From: Vulcanimicrobiota bacterium
GTDB lineage: Bacteria; Vulcanimicrobiota; Vulcanimicrobiia; Vulcanimicrobiales; Vulcanimicrobiaceae
Length of the DNA: 64,000 nt
Assembly (NCBI GenBank): GCA_963714015.1
Contig: OY970223.1
Location: 800,001 to 864,000 of the forward strand
Direction: 5' to 3'
Positions within the stretch are counted from its first letter, which is position 1. Every line of letters begins with the position of its first letter. Positions 41,510-50,733 of this stretch are shown piece after piece. Below the pieces are notes generated by a model. That model saw only the letters and a program-made list of their open reading frames with translations, did no database searches and was not told the origin of the DNA. The translations under genes were made by a program, and so were the position numbers.

Positions 41510-41892
41510 TGCATAAAATAAGTCTCGCTGCATTTTGCTTCACGATCTGTCTTGCAGGTTGCGGCGGCACCTCTTCGCCGGCACCGCGCGTGCCGCTGAC
41601 GCTTCGAGCTTCCGTGAACGGCGGCGCCGAAACCAATGTGACCCAACCAGCCGCCCTCAACTTGCCGAATATTGGGGAAGCCGGCATCGTTACGGCGTAC
41701 GAAGGCTCCGAACAAGTGTCGTTTTCGCTGACGCCCGCAGCGGCTTGCCTGAACGCCGTGACGATATCGCCGGCGGCTTCCTCGGCGCAACAGACCGTTA
41801 CCGCAACAGCTACGGGAGAATGCACGGCAAGTGCGGTGGCATCGGACGGTGAGACGGCAACTCTTTCCATTTTCTCCATGCCGCCCCCGTAA
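41509..41892 (+). CDS. Hypothetical lipoprotein
   Basis: LAGC lipobox; coupled to upstream stop. Confidence 0.6.
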   Translation: MHKISLAAFCFTICLAGCGGTSSPAPRVPLTLRASVNGGAETNVTQPAALNLPNIGEAGIVTAYEGSEQVSFSLTPAAACLNAVTISPAASSAQQTVTATATGECTASAVASDGETATLSIFSMPPP

Positions 41893-42127
41893 TACAGGGA
41901 AGGACCCTCACGGCTTCCGAGGGACGGTACGGAGGCTGACAACCACGTCGTTCAAATCGGCGCGAACCGGCTGTTCAGAAGAGCGCGGGGCCGGCGTTTC
42001 GCAAATTTTACAACCCTAACGGGCTGAAGCGAACGAAGCCGCCGAACTATTTTGGTGTGAGTTGCGTTACGTACACGCAGCCGTCATTGCACGCGTCAGT
42101 GTGTAAGGAGAGCGGCTGATTTCGATC

Positions 42128-43651
42128 ATGCTCTCTCCGGCACGTTCATACGCCAACCCCGTTCAACGCGGCGACTATCCCGATCCGTCGGTTGTCCGCG
42201 TCGGGAACGAGTTTTGGGCCTGCACGACCTCCACCGAATGGGCCCCGCAGTTTCCGCTTTTGCGCTCGACCGACTTGGTGCATTGGAAGCGCGTCGGCGC
42301 CGTCTTCAACGAGCGACCGCAGTGGTCGCGCGGGAGTTTTTGGGCGCCGGAAATTTCTGCGCATCGGGGCCGCTTTTTCGTTTACTATGTTGCCGAGCAT
42401 GAAAGCGGCCCACTCACGATTGCCGTCGCAACGGCAGAACGTCCCGGCGGGCCCTACGTCGATCACGGGCCGCTTGTCGGACAGGCATCAGGCTCGATCG
42501 ATCCCACGCCCGTAACGGGAAAAGACGGCCGGCGATATTTGATTTGGAAGGAAGACGGAAACAGCCGCGCCCTTCCGACGACTATTTGGATTCAGCCCCT
42601 CAGCGCCGACGGTCTCCGGCTCGTCGGTGAAGCGCGCGTAATTTTGCGGAACGACGCGCCGTGGGAGGGTCCGGTCGTAGAGGGGCCGAGCGTCGTGCGG
42701 CGCGGCGAATGGTTCTATCTGTTCTATTCGGGAAACTCGTGCTGCGGCAAGAACTGCAATTACGCGGTCGGCGTCGCGCGTGCTCGTTCCGTACTCGGCC
42801 CTTGGGAGAAGTACGGCGGCAATCCGATTCTGAAGAGCAATTCGACGTGGCGTTGTCCGGGGCACGGCAGCGTCGTCGAAGCTGCGAACGGCCGCACGTT
42901 CTACCTTTACCATGCCTATTCCACAACAGATTCGATCTACGTGGGGCGACAAGTGCTGCTCGACGAGGTACGATGGAATGATGACGCTTGGCCCGCGATC
43001 AACGACGGCCGGGGTCCCAGTACGTTCGCGCGGCGTCCGTTCGACGGCCGGTCGAAATCCGAGGCGCCGGGCCATTTTTTCAGCGCGTTTCTACGGCGCC
43101 GGCTTTCTCCGGCATGGCAGTGGCCGCAAGGCCATCGTCCGCACATTTCGTTCAAAGCGTGGCGGCGCGGTGTCGTCGTGAGCTGCACAGGCGAATGTGA
43201 GGACGTCATTTGCAGTGTGCTTGCGCGGGGCACGGAAAGCACCACCTATCTCGCTGAAACGGCGATTGACGTGCGCACGCTCGCTCCGGGCGTGCAAGCG
43301 GGGATATGCGCGTACGGCGATTCGGAAAATGCCGCCGGCGTAGGGATTCGCGACGGGGAAGTGATCGTTTTCCGCCGTTCGCGCGGCAAGCACCGCTCGA
43401 TTTCTCGCATGCCAGTTTCGAAAGGCGCAACGGTGCGATTGCGCATGCAGGCAAACGGCGGCTACGAATTCACATTTGCAATGAGCGTAAACGGCATGCG
43501 GTGGACCGATTTGTCGCCGGCGCCGGTGCGCGCGCCGCACCTATGCCCGTGGGATCGCGGAATTCGCGTCGCGCTGACGGTCGGCGGAGCGCAAGACGCT
43601 TCGGCGCGATTCAAATGGATGCGAATTCGCAACAGCGCGTACCACAAATAA
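42128..43651 (+). CDS. Glycoside hydrolase family 43 with C-terminal beta-sandwich
   Basis: NPV..GDYPDPSVVR, WAPEI, SIDP, EGP, PGHGSVV. Confidence 0.92.
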   Translation: MLSPARSYANPVQRGDYPDPSVVRVGNEFWACTTSTEWAPQFPLLRSTDLVHWKRVGAVFNERPQWSRGSFWAPEISAHRGRFFVYYVAEHESGPLTIAVATAERPGGPYVDHGPLVGQASGSIDPTPVTGKDGRRYLIWKEDGNSRALPTTIWIQPLSADGLRLVGEARVILRNDAPWEGPVVEGPSVVRRGEWFYLFYSGNSCCGKNCNYAVGVARARSVLGPWEKYGGNPILKSNSTWRCPGHGSVVEAANGRTFYLYHAYSTTDSIYVGRQVLLDEVRWNDDAWPAINDGRGPSTFARRPFDGRSKSEAPGHFFSAFLRRRLSPAWQWPQGHRPHISFKAWRRGVVVSCTGECEDVICSVLARGTESTTYLAETAIDVRTLAPGVQAGICAYGDSENAAGVGIRDGEVIVFRRSRGKHRSISRMPVSKGATVRLRMQANGGYEFTFAMSVNGMRWTDLSPAPVRAPHLCPWDRGIRVALTVGGAQDASARFKWMRIRNSAYHK

Positions 43652-43665
43652 CAAAACGCTAAACC

Positions 43666-43692
43666 GTTTGGTGCTGAGCCGCCAAGGGGTAT
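43666..43692 (+). promoter_or_regulatory. Putative SigB/SigF-type promoter
   Basis: GTTT-N17-GGGTAT about 35 bp upstream of the glycosyltransferase ATG. Confidence 0.55.
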
Positions 43693-43727
43693 AGAAACCC
43701 ACCTATTATTACTTGCTACGGTGGGTT

Positions 43728-44846
43728 ATGATGCAGCGCTCGACGCCGATATTCTGCTTTTCGCACCTGCGCTGGGACTTCGTATACCAGCGTCCGCAAC
43801 ACATTCTAACGCGTCTGGCCGCAGACCGCGACGTCTACTACTTCGAAGAACCGGTTTTTGAAAGCGCCGTTGCGCCACAGCTTCTCGAAGAGCATCCGTA
43901 CGACGGCGTAACGGTTCTTCGCCCGCGTATGGAAGCGGGCGACTCCGAAAGCGTCGAGCACGTCCAGGAACGCTTGCTGCAATCGTTTGCCGCGCAGCGC
44001 GGCATTTCGCATCCAATCACTTGGTACTACACGCCGATGGCCCTGGGGTACACCCGGAATTTTGGACGTTCGACTTGCGTGTACGACTGCATGGACGAGC
44101 TTTCCATGTTCGCGTTCGCACCCCCGAATCTCGTGGAGCGCGAGCGCGAACTCTTGGGGCGAGCGGATGTGGTCTTTACCGGTGGCCGCAGGCTCTTCTA
44201 CAATAAGCGCAAGCATCACGGCAACGTTCGCTGCTTCCCCAGCGCCGTTGACGCGGCGCATTTTGCGCCCGGTTTGCGTTCGGAACCTTCGGAAATGGCA
44301 GGCCTTCCGCATCCGCGTCTGGGCTTTTACGGCGTGGTCGACGAGCGCTTCGATACGACGTTGCTTGCTCGAGCAGCAGACCTGCGTCCCCAGTGGCAAT
44401 TCATCATTATCGGTCCGGTCGTAAAGATCGATCCGGCCGCCTTGCCCCATCGGCCCAACATTCACTACGTCGGGCAGCGTTCGTACGACACTCTGCCCGC
44501 ATACCTCGAGCATTGGGATATTGCCATGCTTCCATTTGCATTGAACGACTCCACCCGGTTTATCTCGCCGACAAAAACGCTTGAATACCTGGCAGCGCAC
44601 AAGCCCGCCATCTCGACGCCCATCGCCGACGTCGTCGACCCGTACGGCGAAAACGGACTGGTTGCGATTGCCCGTAATGCTGAAGAATTCGTTGCGCTCG
44701 CCGAACGGATTTTGTCGGCCGGCATCGCGCCCGGCTGGCAAAAGCGAGTTGACGAGCTCGTTTGCGCAAACAGCTGGGACGCTGTGGCGGCCGGCATGAG
44801 CGCTGAATTGGAACGCATTGCGCTCGCCCAGGCCGTGGCGCAATGA
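43728..44846 (+). CDS. GT-B glycosyltransferase (glf-associated)
   Basis: CFSHLRWDFVYQRPQH, VYDCMDEL, GFYGVVDER, PFALN.STRFISPTKT.EY. Confidence 0.9.
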   Translation: MMQRSTPIFCFSHLRWDFVYQRPQHILTRLAADRDVYYFEEPVFESAVAPQLLEEHPYDGVTVLRPRMEAGDSESVEHVQERLLQSFAAQRGISHPITWYYTPMALGYTRNFGRSTCVYDCMDELSMFAFAPPNLVERERELLGRADVVFTGGRRLFYNKRKHHGNVRCFPSAVDAAHFAPGLRSEPSEMAGLPHPRLGFYGVVDERFDTTLLARAADLRPQWQFIIIGPVVKIDPAALPHRPNIHYVGQRSYDTLPAYLEHWDIAMLPFALNDSTRFISPTKTLEYLAAHKPAISTPIADVVDPYGENGLVAIARNAEEFVALAERILSAGIAPGWQKRVDELVCANSWDAVAAGMSAELERIALAQAVAQ

Positions 44847-45958
44847 AATTCGATTGTCTCATCGTTGGGGCCGGCTTCGCCGGCTCTGTTCTTGCTGAGC
44901 GGCTGGCGCGCGACGCAGGCAAGTCGGTTTTGCTCGTCGATCGCCGTAACCACATCGGCGGTAACGCGTACGACGAATACAATGCCGAAGGACTGCTGGT
45001 CCATCGGTACGGTCCCCATATTTTCCATACGAACTGCACGGAGGTTTTCGGTTACCTAAGCCGCTTTACCGAGTGGCGCCCGTACGAGCACCGCGTGCTT
45101 GCGCGCGTCGGCGACCGGCTGCTGCCCATTCCAATCAATCTCGACACGATAAACGGCCTGTACGGTCTGAATCTGCGCGAAGACGAGGTCGAAGCCTTTC
45201 TCAGCGAGCGCGCCGAAAAAGTTCCGCGTATTCGCACCTCGGAAGACGCAGTCGTTGCGCGGGTCGGCCGGGACTTGTACGAAAAGTTCTTCAAATACTA
45301 CACGCGTAAGCAATGGGGCCTGGACCCCTCGGAGCTCGACGCGTCGGTCACATCACGCATTCCGGTGCGAACGGATCGCGACGACCGGTACTTTGGTGAC
45401 AAACACCAGGCAATGCCGCTACACGGATACACGCGCATGTTCGAAAACATGCTGGATCACCCCAACGTCCGGATCGAACTGGGAATCGATTACCGCAATT
45501 TGGGGAAGTCCGTACGGTACGACACGCTAATCTACACGGGACCGGTGGACGAGTTCTTCGATTTCCGGTTCGGCAAGTTGCCCTACCGGTCGCTGCGGTT
45601 CGAACACGTGACGGTCGACTCGGAGCAGCTTCAACCGGTCGCGGTCGTGAATTATCCGAACGAGCACCCTTACACGCGAATCACCGAATACAAGCATTTG
45701 ACCGGTCAAGCGCATCCGAAGACTGCCGTCACGTACGAGTACCCCCAAAACGAAGGAGATCCGTACTACCCGGTTCCGCGTCCGCAGAACGCCGAGCTGT
45801 ACGAGCGATACAAGCGTTTGGCTGACGCGCTGCCGGACGTGAAGTTCGTAGGCCGGCTTGCAACGTACCGCTATTATAATATGGATCAAGTCGTGGCGCA
45901 GGCGCTCACGACCTATGCCAAACTGCGGGGCGCGGAATCGTGGACGCAGGTGGCGTAG
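44843..45958 (+). CDS. glf: UDP-galactopyranose mutase
   Basis: IVGAGFAG, HIGGNAYD, HRYGPHIFHTN, YTRKQWG, PYYP, GRLATYRYYNMDQ. Confidence 0.97.
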   Translation: MKFDCLIVGAGFAGSVLAERLARDAGKSVLLVDRRNHIGGNAYDEYNAEGLLVHRYGPHIFHTNCTEVFGYLSRFTEWRPYEHRVLARVGDRLLPIPINLDTINGLYGLNLREDEVEAFLSERAEKVPRIRTSEDAVVARVGRDLYEKFFKYYTRKQWGLDPSELDASVTSRIPVRTDRDDRYFGDKHQAMPLHGYTRMFENMLDHPNVRIELGIDYRNLGKSVRYDTLIYTGPVDEFFDFRFGKLPYRSLRFEHVTVDSEQLQPVAVVNYPNEHPYTRITEYKHLTGQAHPKTAVTYEYPQNEGDPYYPVPRPQNAELYERYKRLADALPDVKFVGRLATYRYYNMDQVVAQALTTYAKLRGAESWTQVA

Positions 45959-47328
45959 ATCTCTGGGGCGGCGTCGAGTGTACCGTTTGCCGCATCGGCG
46001 AGCGGTACGTCGACCAGACGATCGCGTCGGGTCACCACGTTCGGGCGGACGATCTCGACCTCATCGCGTCACTCGGCCTCACCCACCTGCGTTATCCGGT
46101 CCTTTGGGAGCGCGTCGCTCCCGAAGGGCTGCGGCACGCCGACTGGACGTGGACCGACGAGCGGCTGCACCTGCTGCGCGAGCGCAACATTACCCCGATC
46201 GTTACGTTGCTGCACCACGGCAGCGGACCGCGCGACACGAATCTGTTGGATCCGCTGTTTGCCGAGAAACTTGCCGAATTCGGCGGTGCCGTCGCCCGGC
46301 GATATCCCTGGCTTCGATATTTCACGCCCGTTAACGAACCTGGAACGACGGCGCGTTTCAGCGCGCTTTACGGCTGGTGGTATCCACACGCGCGGGACGA
46401 CCGATCGTTCTACACGGCGCTGATCAATCAAATTTCGGGCATTCGCAAGGCCATGGACGCGATACGGGCCCACATTCCACAGGCGCAGCTCGTTACGACG
46501 GAAGATCTCGGCAAGACCTATTCCACACCGTCGCTGCATTATCAGGCGGCGTACGAAAACGCGCGGCGCTTGCTTTCGTACGACCTGCTTTGCGGCACGT
46601 TGGACGAGAATCCGCAGATGCGCGCGCAGCTGGGCAGCTTTGGTTTTCCCATTGAAGCACTCGAGAAAGAACTGCGCTGCGAGCCGGCGATTCTAGGCTT
46701 TAATTATTACGTCACCGGCGAGCGCTGGCTCGACGAACGCCTTGATCTTTATCCGAACTCTATGCGCGGAGGGAACGGGCGCGACGAATACGTTGACGTT
46801 GAAGCAGTGCGAGTGCGGCGCGGAGCGGCGGGGGCACGCACCTTACTGCAGGAATGTTGGAACCGCTACCGCCGGCCTATGGCGATAATGGAAGCGCACT
46901 TGGCCTGCTCGCATGATGAACAGATCCGGTGGCTGCGCGATCTGTATTGCGACGCTGCCGGCTTGCGCCGGAGCGGCGTCGACCTCCGCGCCGTCACCGT
47001 ATGGTCTCTGCTCGGAGCGTTCGATTGGAACTCGATGCTTACGCGGCAAGACGGCTATTACGAGACCGGGGCGTTTGACGTTTCCGGCGGTGTCGTCAAA
47101 GAAACGCCGCTCGGTTCCTTCGTTCGCACTTTGGCGCGTGCGCCCGAACTCGCTCTGGCGCAGGTTCACGGCCAGGGGTGGTGGCGGCAGCCGGCGCGGC
47201 TGTCCTACGCCGAGCCGGAATCGGCTGCCTCAGCTGCCGGTCTCGAGGAGGGAAACGGTCACGAAGGAGTGGACCGAACGGCACGACTATGTGGCTCACA
47301 TGAAGCGCGAACGCAATTCACGGCATGA
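45940..47328 (+). CDS. GH1-like glycoside hydrolase (RmlD-associated type)
   Basis: LWGGVECTV, RYPVLWE, LLHHGSGP, FTPVNEP acid/base, GFNYY, IMEAH nucleophile. Confidence 0.82.
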   Translation: MDAGGVDLWGGVECTVCRIGERYVDQTIASGHHVRADDLDLIASLGLTHLRYPVLWERVAPEGLRHADWTWTDERLHLLRERNITPIVTLLHHGSGPRDTNLLDPLFAEKLAEFGGAVARRYPWLRYFTPVNEPGTTARFSALYGWWYPHARDDRSFYTALINQISGIRKAMDAIRAHIPQAQLVTTEDLGKTYSTPSLHYQAAYENARRLLSYDLLCGTLDENPQMRAQLGSFGFPIEALEKELRCEPAILGFNYYVTGERWLDERLDLYPNSMRGGNGRDEYVDVEAVRVRRGAAGARTLLQECWNRYRRPMAIMEAHLACSHDEQIRWLRDLYCDAAGLRRSGVDLRAVTVWSLLGAFDWNSMLTRQDGYYETGAFDVSGGVVKETPLGSFVRTLARAPELALAQVHGQGWWRQPARLSYAEPESAASAAGLEEGNGHEGVDRTARLCGSHEARTQFTA

Positions 47329-47794
47329 AGGAGAGGTCGATGCCTCGCAGCGCATCGACCGCTTGATCGCAGAGATCCCGGACTGGCGCGCACAGACGCT
47401 CGCGGCGGTGCGAAAGAGCATTTTGGCGGCAGACCCCGAGATCGTCGAAGAATGGAAGTGGATGGGAAGCCCTGTTTGGTCTCGCGAGGGAATCATCGCC
47501 GTCGGAAACGCGCACAAAGAAAAGGTCAAGCTGACTTTTGCGAATGGCGCGAAGCTGGCCGATCCGCAGAAGATCTTCAACAATGGTTTCGGTGGAAGCA
47601 AGTGGCGGGCGATCGACCTTTTCGAGGGCGACAAAGTCAACGAACGCGCGCTCAAAAATCTTGTCCGCGCCGCTATCGAGTACAATCAAAGCCTCTCTAA
47701 AAAGAAGGTACCCGCGCGAAAACCGCAGGTCAGCCGAGCGAGTTCGCCGGATCGGCCTGCCGCGAAAAAATCGCGATCGCCAAGATCGCGCTGA
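47300..47794 (+). CDS. DUF1801 (YdhG-like) protein
   Basis: DWR..TL..VR..I..ADPEIVEEWKWMG.PVW, VKLTF..GA.L.DP..IFN. Confidence 0.85.
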   Translation: MKRERNSRHEGEVDASQRIDRLIAEIPDWRAQTLAAVRKSILAADPEIVEEWKWMGSPVWSREGIIAVGNAHKEKVKLTFANGAKLADPQKIFNNGFGGSKWRAIDLFEGDKVNERALKNLVRAAIEYNQSLSKKKVPARKPQVSRASSPDRPAAKKSRSPRSR

Positions 47795-48959
47795 CGCCTA
47801 CGGCATTCGAAATCCAGGTCAGCCGTTCGTTCAACGTCATGGAGCCCATGGAAACGCCGCCGAACGCGTGACCGATGGCCAGTTCCATCACCGCGCCCGC
47901 AAGAATGGCTCCGGCAATGAACAACGCGACGAACGTCCACGTAATTCGCGCCGGAAACGATTTCAAGTAGATCGCTATCAAAGGCGGAACCAGCAAGTCG
48001 CCATAGATAAATGACGTGTTTGCGCCAAGCGGAATTCCGGCATTGGCAAGAAACCGCGCGATGGGAACGTTACCCATGGAGCAAACGAACGTCAAGACCG
48101 CAATGCACAGGCCCAGCGCGAGAAGCAGAAGGTAGCCGGCGTATGGAATGCTGCCGACGAAATGCAGCGCGCCGGAAAGCCATTGCGGCGGGACGAGTGC
48201 GGCGGCAAATCCGGCAACGAGATAGCCGATCGCCAGTTCATTTCGTAGCATGAGGACGTCGTTCCAAGCCGTTTCGCGAACTTCGCGCCACGTTTGAGCA
48301 CGCTTGAGGGCCTGCCACCCTTTTGCACCGTTTGCGGATTCCGCACCCGCGATATATCGCGCGGGATCGGCGGAAAGGTCGAGCTGATGCTTTCTGCCGC
48401 ACGCGTAATATGTCCGGCCCGTATACTCTACGGCGAACTCCGGTTCGCCTTCCATGCCGCAGGCGGGGCACTCCGTCACGATGGTTCCATCGGGTGATCC
48501 GGGCGCCGGTTGCTCTAGGCGCAGCCTTTCCAGCTCCCCCGGCCGGAATGCGAGCGTGAATCCAAGAGCGACGACGGCAATGATAATCGCGCCTCCGAAA
48601 AACTCGGCGAACGCGAACCTCCACCCCAGCAGCGACCAGAACAGAATGAGGATGGCGACGTTCATGTTCGTCGACGAAATCAGAAACGCAAAGACGGCAC
48701 GGACGTCTGCGCCGCGCTGATAAAAACCTCGGGCCGCAGCCGCCGCGCCGTAAGAGCATGCGGAGGAGATGATACCGAAGCCGGCTCCGTTCAGTATTCC
48801 GCGAAGGTTCGGACCCAAGAAGCGCTGCATAGCCGAGGGCGTAAGGGCTACCTGAACCGTGGCGGAGATCAGGAAACCGAAGATCAAACCAAATAGGCTG
48901 TCCCATAAAAATTGCAGGGACTGAAGCAGTCCGGCGCCGATGGCCACAAGCACGATCAT
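47730..48959 (-). CDS. DUF318/ArsP-type permease with inserted YHS/TRASH motif
   Basis: SSACSYGAAA, SSTNM, FVCSMGNVP; CPACGM...YTGRTYY.C insert. Confidence 0.82.
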   Translation of the reverse strand: MIVLVAIGAGLLQSLQFLWDSLFGLIFGFLISATVQVALTPSAMQRFLGPNLRGILNGAGFGIISSACSYGAAAAARGFYQRGADVRAVFAFLISSTNMNVAILILFWSLLGWRFAFAEFFGGAIIIAVVALGFTLAFRPGELERLRLEQPAPGSPDGTIVTECPACGMEGEPEFAVEYTGRTYYACGRKHQLDLSADPARYIAGAESANGAKGWQALKRAQTWREVRETAWNDVLMLRNELAIGYLVAGFAAALVPPQWLSGALHFVGSIPYAGYLLLLALGLCIAVLTFVCSMGNVPIARFLANAGIPLGANTSFIYGDLLVPPLIAIYLKSFPARITWTFVALFIAGAILAGAVMELAIGHAFGGVSMGSMTLNERLTWISNAVGVSAILAIAIFSRQADPANSLG

Positions 48960-49021
48960 GCGAACGCCAGAACCAAAGACTTCCGGCGCGAGGTTGCACC
49001 TGTCCTTAAGGAGGGCCTGTT

Positions 49022-49408
49022 GTGTTTCCGCATTTGGCAAACTTTACCGACTACAACTTGTTGTTTCTGCGCCTAATGGCCGGCCTGGTCTTCACGTACA
49101 GCGGTTACAGCGACCTCAAGGATCCCGATGCGCGCAGCAAGAGCATCGAGATGTCCAAGAACTTTGCGCTCTTTCTCGGTGCGGCAGAACTGCTCGGCGG
49201 CATCGCGGTGATCGTCGGGTTTCTGGTTCAACTTGCCTGCATCGGCTTGGCGCTGATTATGCTCGGAGCAGCCCAAAAGAAGCTCTTCGTCTGGAAGACC
49301 GGCTTCTGGGGCAAAGACGGACTAGGCTGGAACTACGAACTGATCGTGCTGTCCATGGTGCTCGTGATCTTGTGCACCGACGGAGGCCGATTCATTCTGC
49401 TCGGCTAG
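49022..49408 (+). CDS. DoxX family membrane protein
   Basis: TAAGGAG RBS; LRLMAGLVF..SG, AELLGG, GWNYELI, DGGRF. Confidence 0.85.
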   Translation: MFPHLANFTDYNLLFLRLMAGLVFTYSGYSDLKDPDARSKSIEMSKNFALFLGAAELLGGIAVIVGFLVQLACIGLALIMLGAAQKKLFVWKTGFWGKDGLGWNYELIVLSMVLVILCTDGGRFILLG

Positions 49409-49989
49409 GCGTTCGTCAAGTCGAGCAGCAGGCATTTTGCGCTCGCGCGGAAGCGGTTAATATCTCCGTACGTGCGAGCAACAAGCATTGCGCCCTCAAG
49501 CGATCCAAGCACGAGACGAGCACGCTCCTTCGCGGATTCGCGAAAACGCATCGTTCCATTTTTCCGTCCCGTTTCAAGTACCGCGGCGAGCCAGCGTTCG
49601 TTGACGTCGAAGAAGCGCTTGAGTTCGTCCTGCATCGTTTGCGGCAACGTCGAAAATTCCGCGGCGAACATTCCGCACAGGCAAAGGCGGTCGTCCACCA
49701 GGACGTCGCCATACAGCATCGCGTAGCGGCGCAGCCGCTCCGCTGGGTCTGTATACCGCTCCGCAATTCCCCCCAGCGCCGCCTCGAAATTGTCGCGGTA
49801 ACGCAGGATGAGCGCTTTGCCCAATTCACTCTTCGACGGAAAATGGTAGTGTAGCGCCGCTTTCGTGACGAGCAATTTTTCCGCGATATCGGCATAACTG
49901 AATCCGTTGAAGCCGCGCCGCTGCGCAAGCTCTTCGGCTACGTCCAGAATGCGCTCCGCGGCCCCGATCGTCCGGTTCTTTTGCTGCAT
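49405..49989 (-). CDS. TetR family regulator (NemR-like)
   Basis: ILDVAEEL...GFNGFSYADIA......AALHYHFPSK; CLCG motif. Confidence 0.93.
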   Translation of the reverse strand: MQQKNRTIGAAERILDVAEELAQRRGFNGFSYADIAEKLLVTKAALHYHFPSKSELGKALILRYRDNFEAALGGIAERYTDPAERLRRYAMLYGDVLVDDRLCLCGMFAAEFSTLPQTMQDELKRFFDVNERWLAAVLETGRKNGTMRFRESAKERARLVLGSLEGAMLVARTYGDINRFRASAKCLLLDLTNA

Positions 49990-49999
49990 GTTGACTTTT

Positions 50000-50015
50000 T
50001 ACCTACTAGTAGGTA
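50000..50015. promoter_or_regulatory. Perfect 16-bp palindrome, probable TetR operator
   Basis: TACCTACTAGTAGGTA between divergent tetR and cupin genes. Confidence 0.75.
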
Positions 50016-50081
50016 GAGTAACAAATACACACGGGACACTTCAAGCCCCTATTCCGCAGCCTCGTGAGAGAGGAAACGTAT

Positions 50082-50453
50082 ATGCAAGGGGTTCAGCAGC
50101 GCACGCACCACGGCTCGTTCGGAAAGCCGGACGAAGTACGCGAATTTGCGAAAGGCCGCGCAGAGATTCTTCAAATCGACGGCACCCCGATCGGCCGCAT
50201 GATCTTTCAACCCGGATGGCGCTGGTCGGTCGACCTCAAGCCCGTAGCGGGCACCGAGAGTTGCCGCGCACCGCATTTCCAATATCATGTTTCCGGAACG
50301 CTCGGCATCAAGATGGACGACGGCACCGAAATCGTGGCCAAGGCCGGCGACGTCACCTCGCTGCCGGAGGGGCACGACGCCTGGGTGATCGGCGATGAGC
50401 CGGTCGTGGTCGTCGACTGGTTCGGTGCGAGCAACTACGCACAAAAGGTCTAA
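50082..50453 (+). CDS. Cupin domain protein
   Basis: PGWRWS...GTESC...H..Y..SG, GDV..LP.GHDAWV.GDE. Confidence 0.88.
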   Translation: MQGVQQRTHHGSFGKPDEVREFAKGRAEILQIDGTPIGRMIFQPGWRWSVDLKPVAGTESCRAPHFQYHVSGTLGIKMDDGTEIVAKAGDVTSLPEGHDAWVIGDEPVVVVDWFGASNYAQKV

Positions 50454-50482
50454 TTTTGCTCTCCTGTTCTTAGGAGGTTTAG

Positions 50483-50674
50483 ATGGAAACCAAGACGCGC
50501 AAGTACATCGACTGCCGTGATTTTCCGAGCGAAACCAATTGCTCGCTGACGATTGCCGGTGCCGAAGAGGAAGTGGTCAAGGCCGCAGTGGAGCATGCAG
50601 TCTCCAGTCATGGCCACTCGGCAGGTTCCGAACTGACCCGAACGATTCGCAGCGCGCTCCACGACGAAATGTAG
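50483..50674 (+). CDS. DUF1059 small protein
   Basis: AGGAGG RBS; IDCRD.PSE.NCSL.I.G.EEEV..AA.EHAV..HGH. Confidence 0.85.
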   Translation: METKTRKYIDCRDFPSETNCSLTIAGAEEEVVKAAVEHAVSSHGHSAGSELTRTIRSALHDEM

Positions 50675-50733
50675 CGGACTAGTTCGCTCTCGCGCATCCA
50701 ATTTACGACCGCGATTCGGGCGAACGAGCCGGA

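Noticed and set aside
23662..42000. Prophage or classical integrase island at tRNA-Leu
   Set aside because: No tyrosine/serine integrase motifs, no phage structural genes and no duplicated tRNA 3' end seen.
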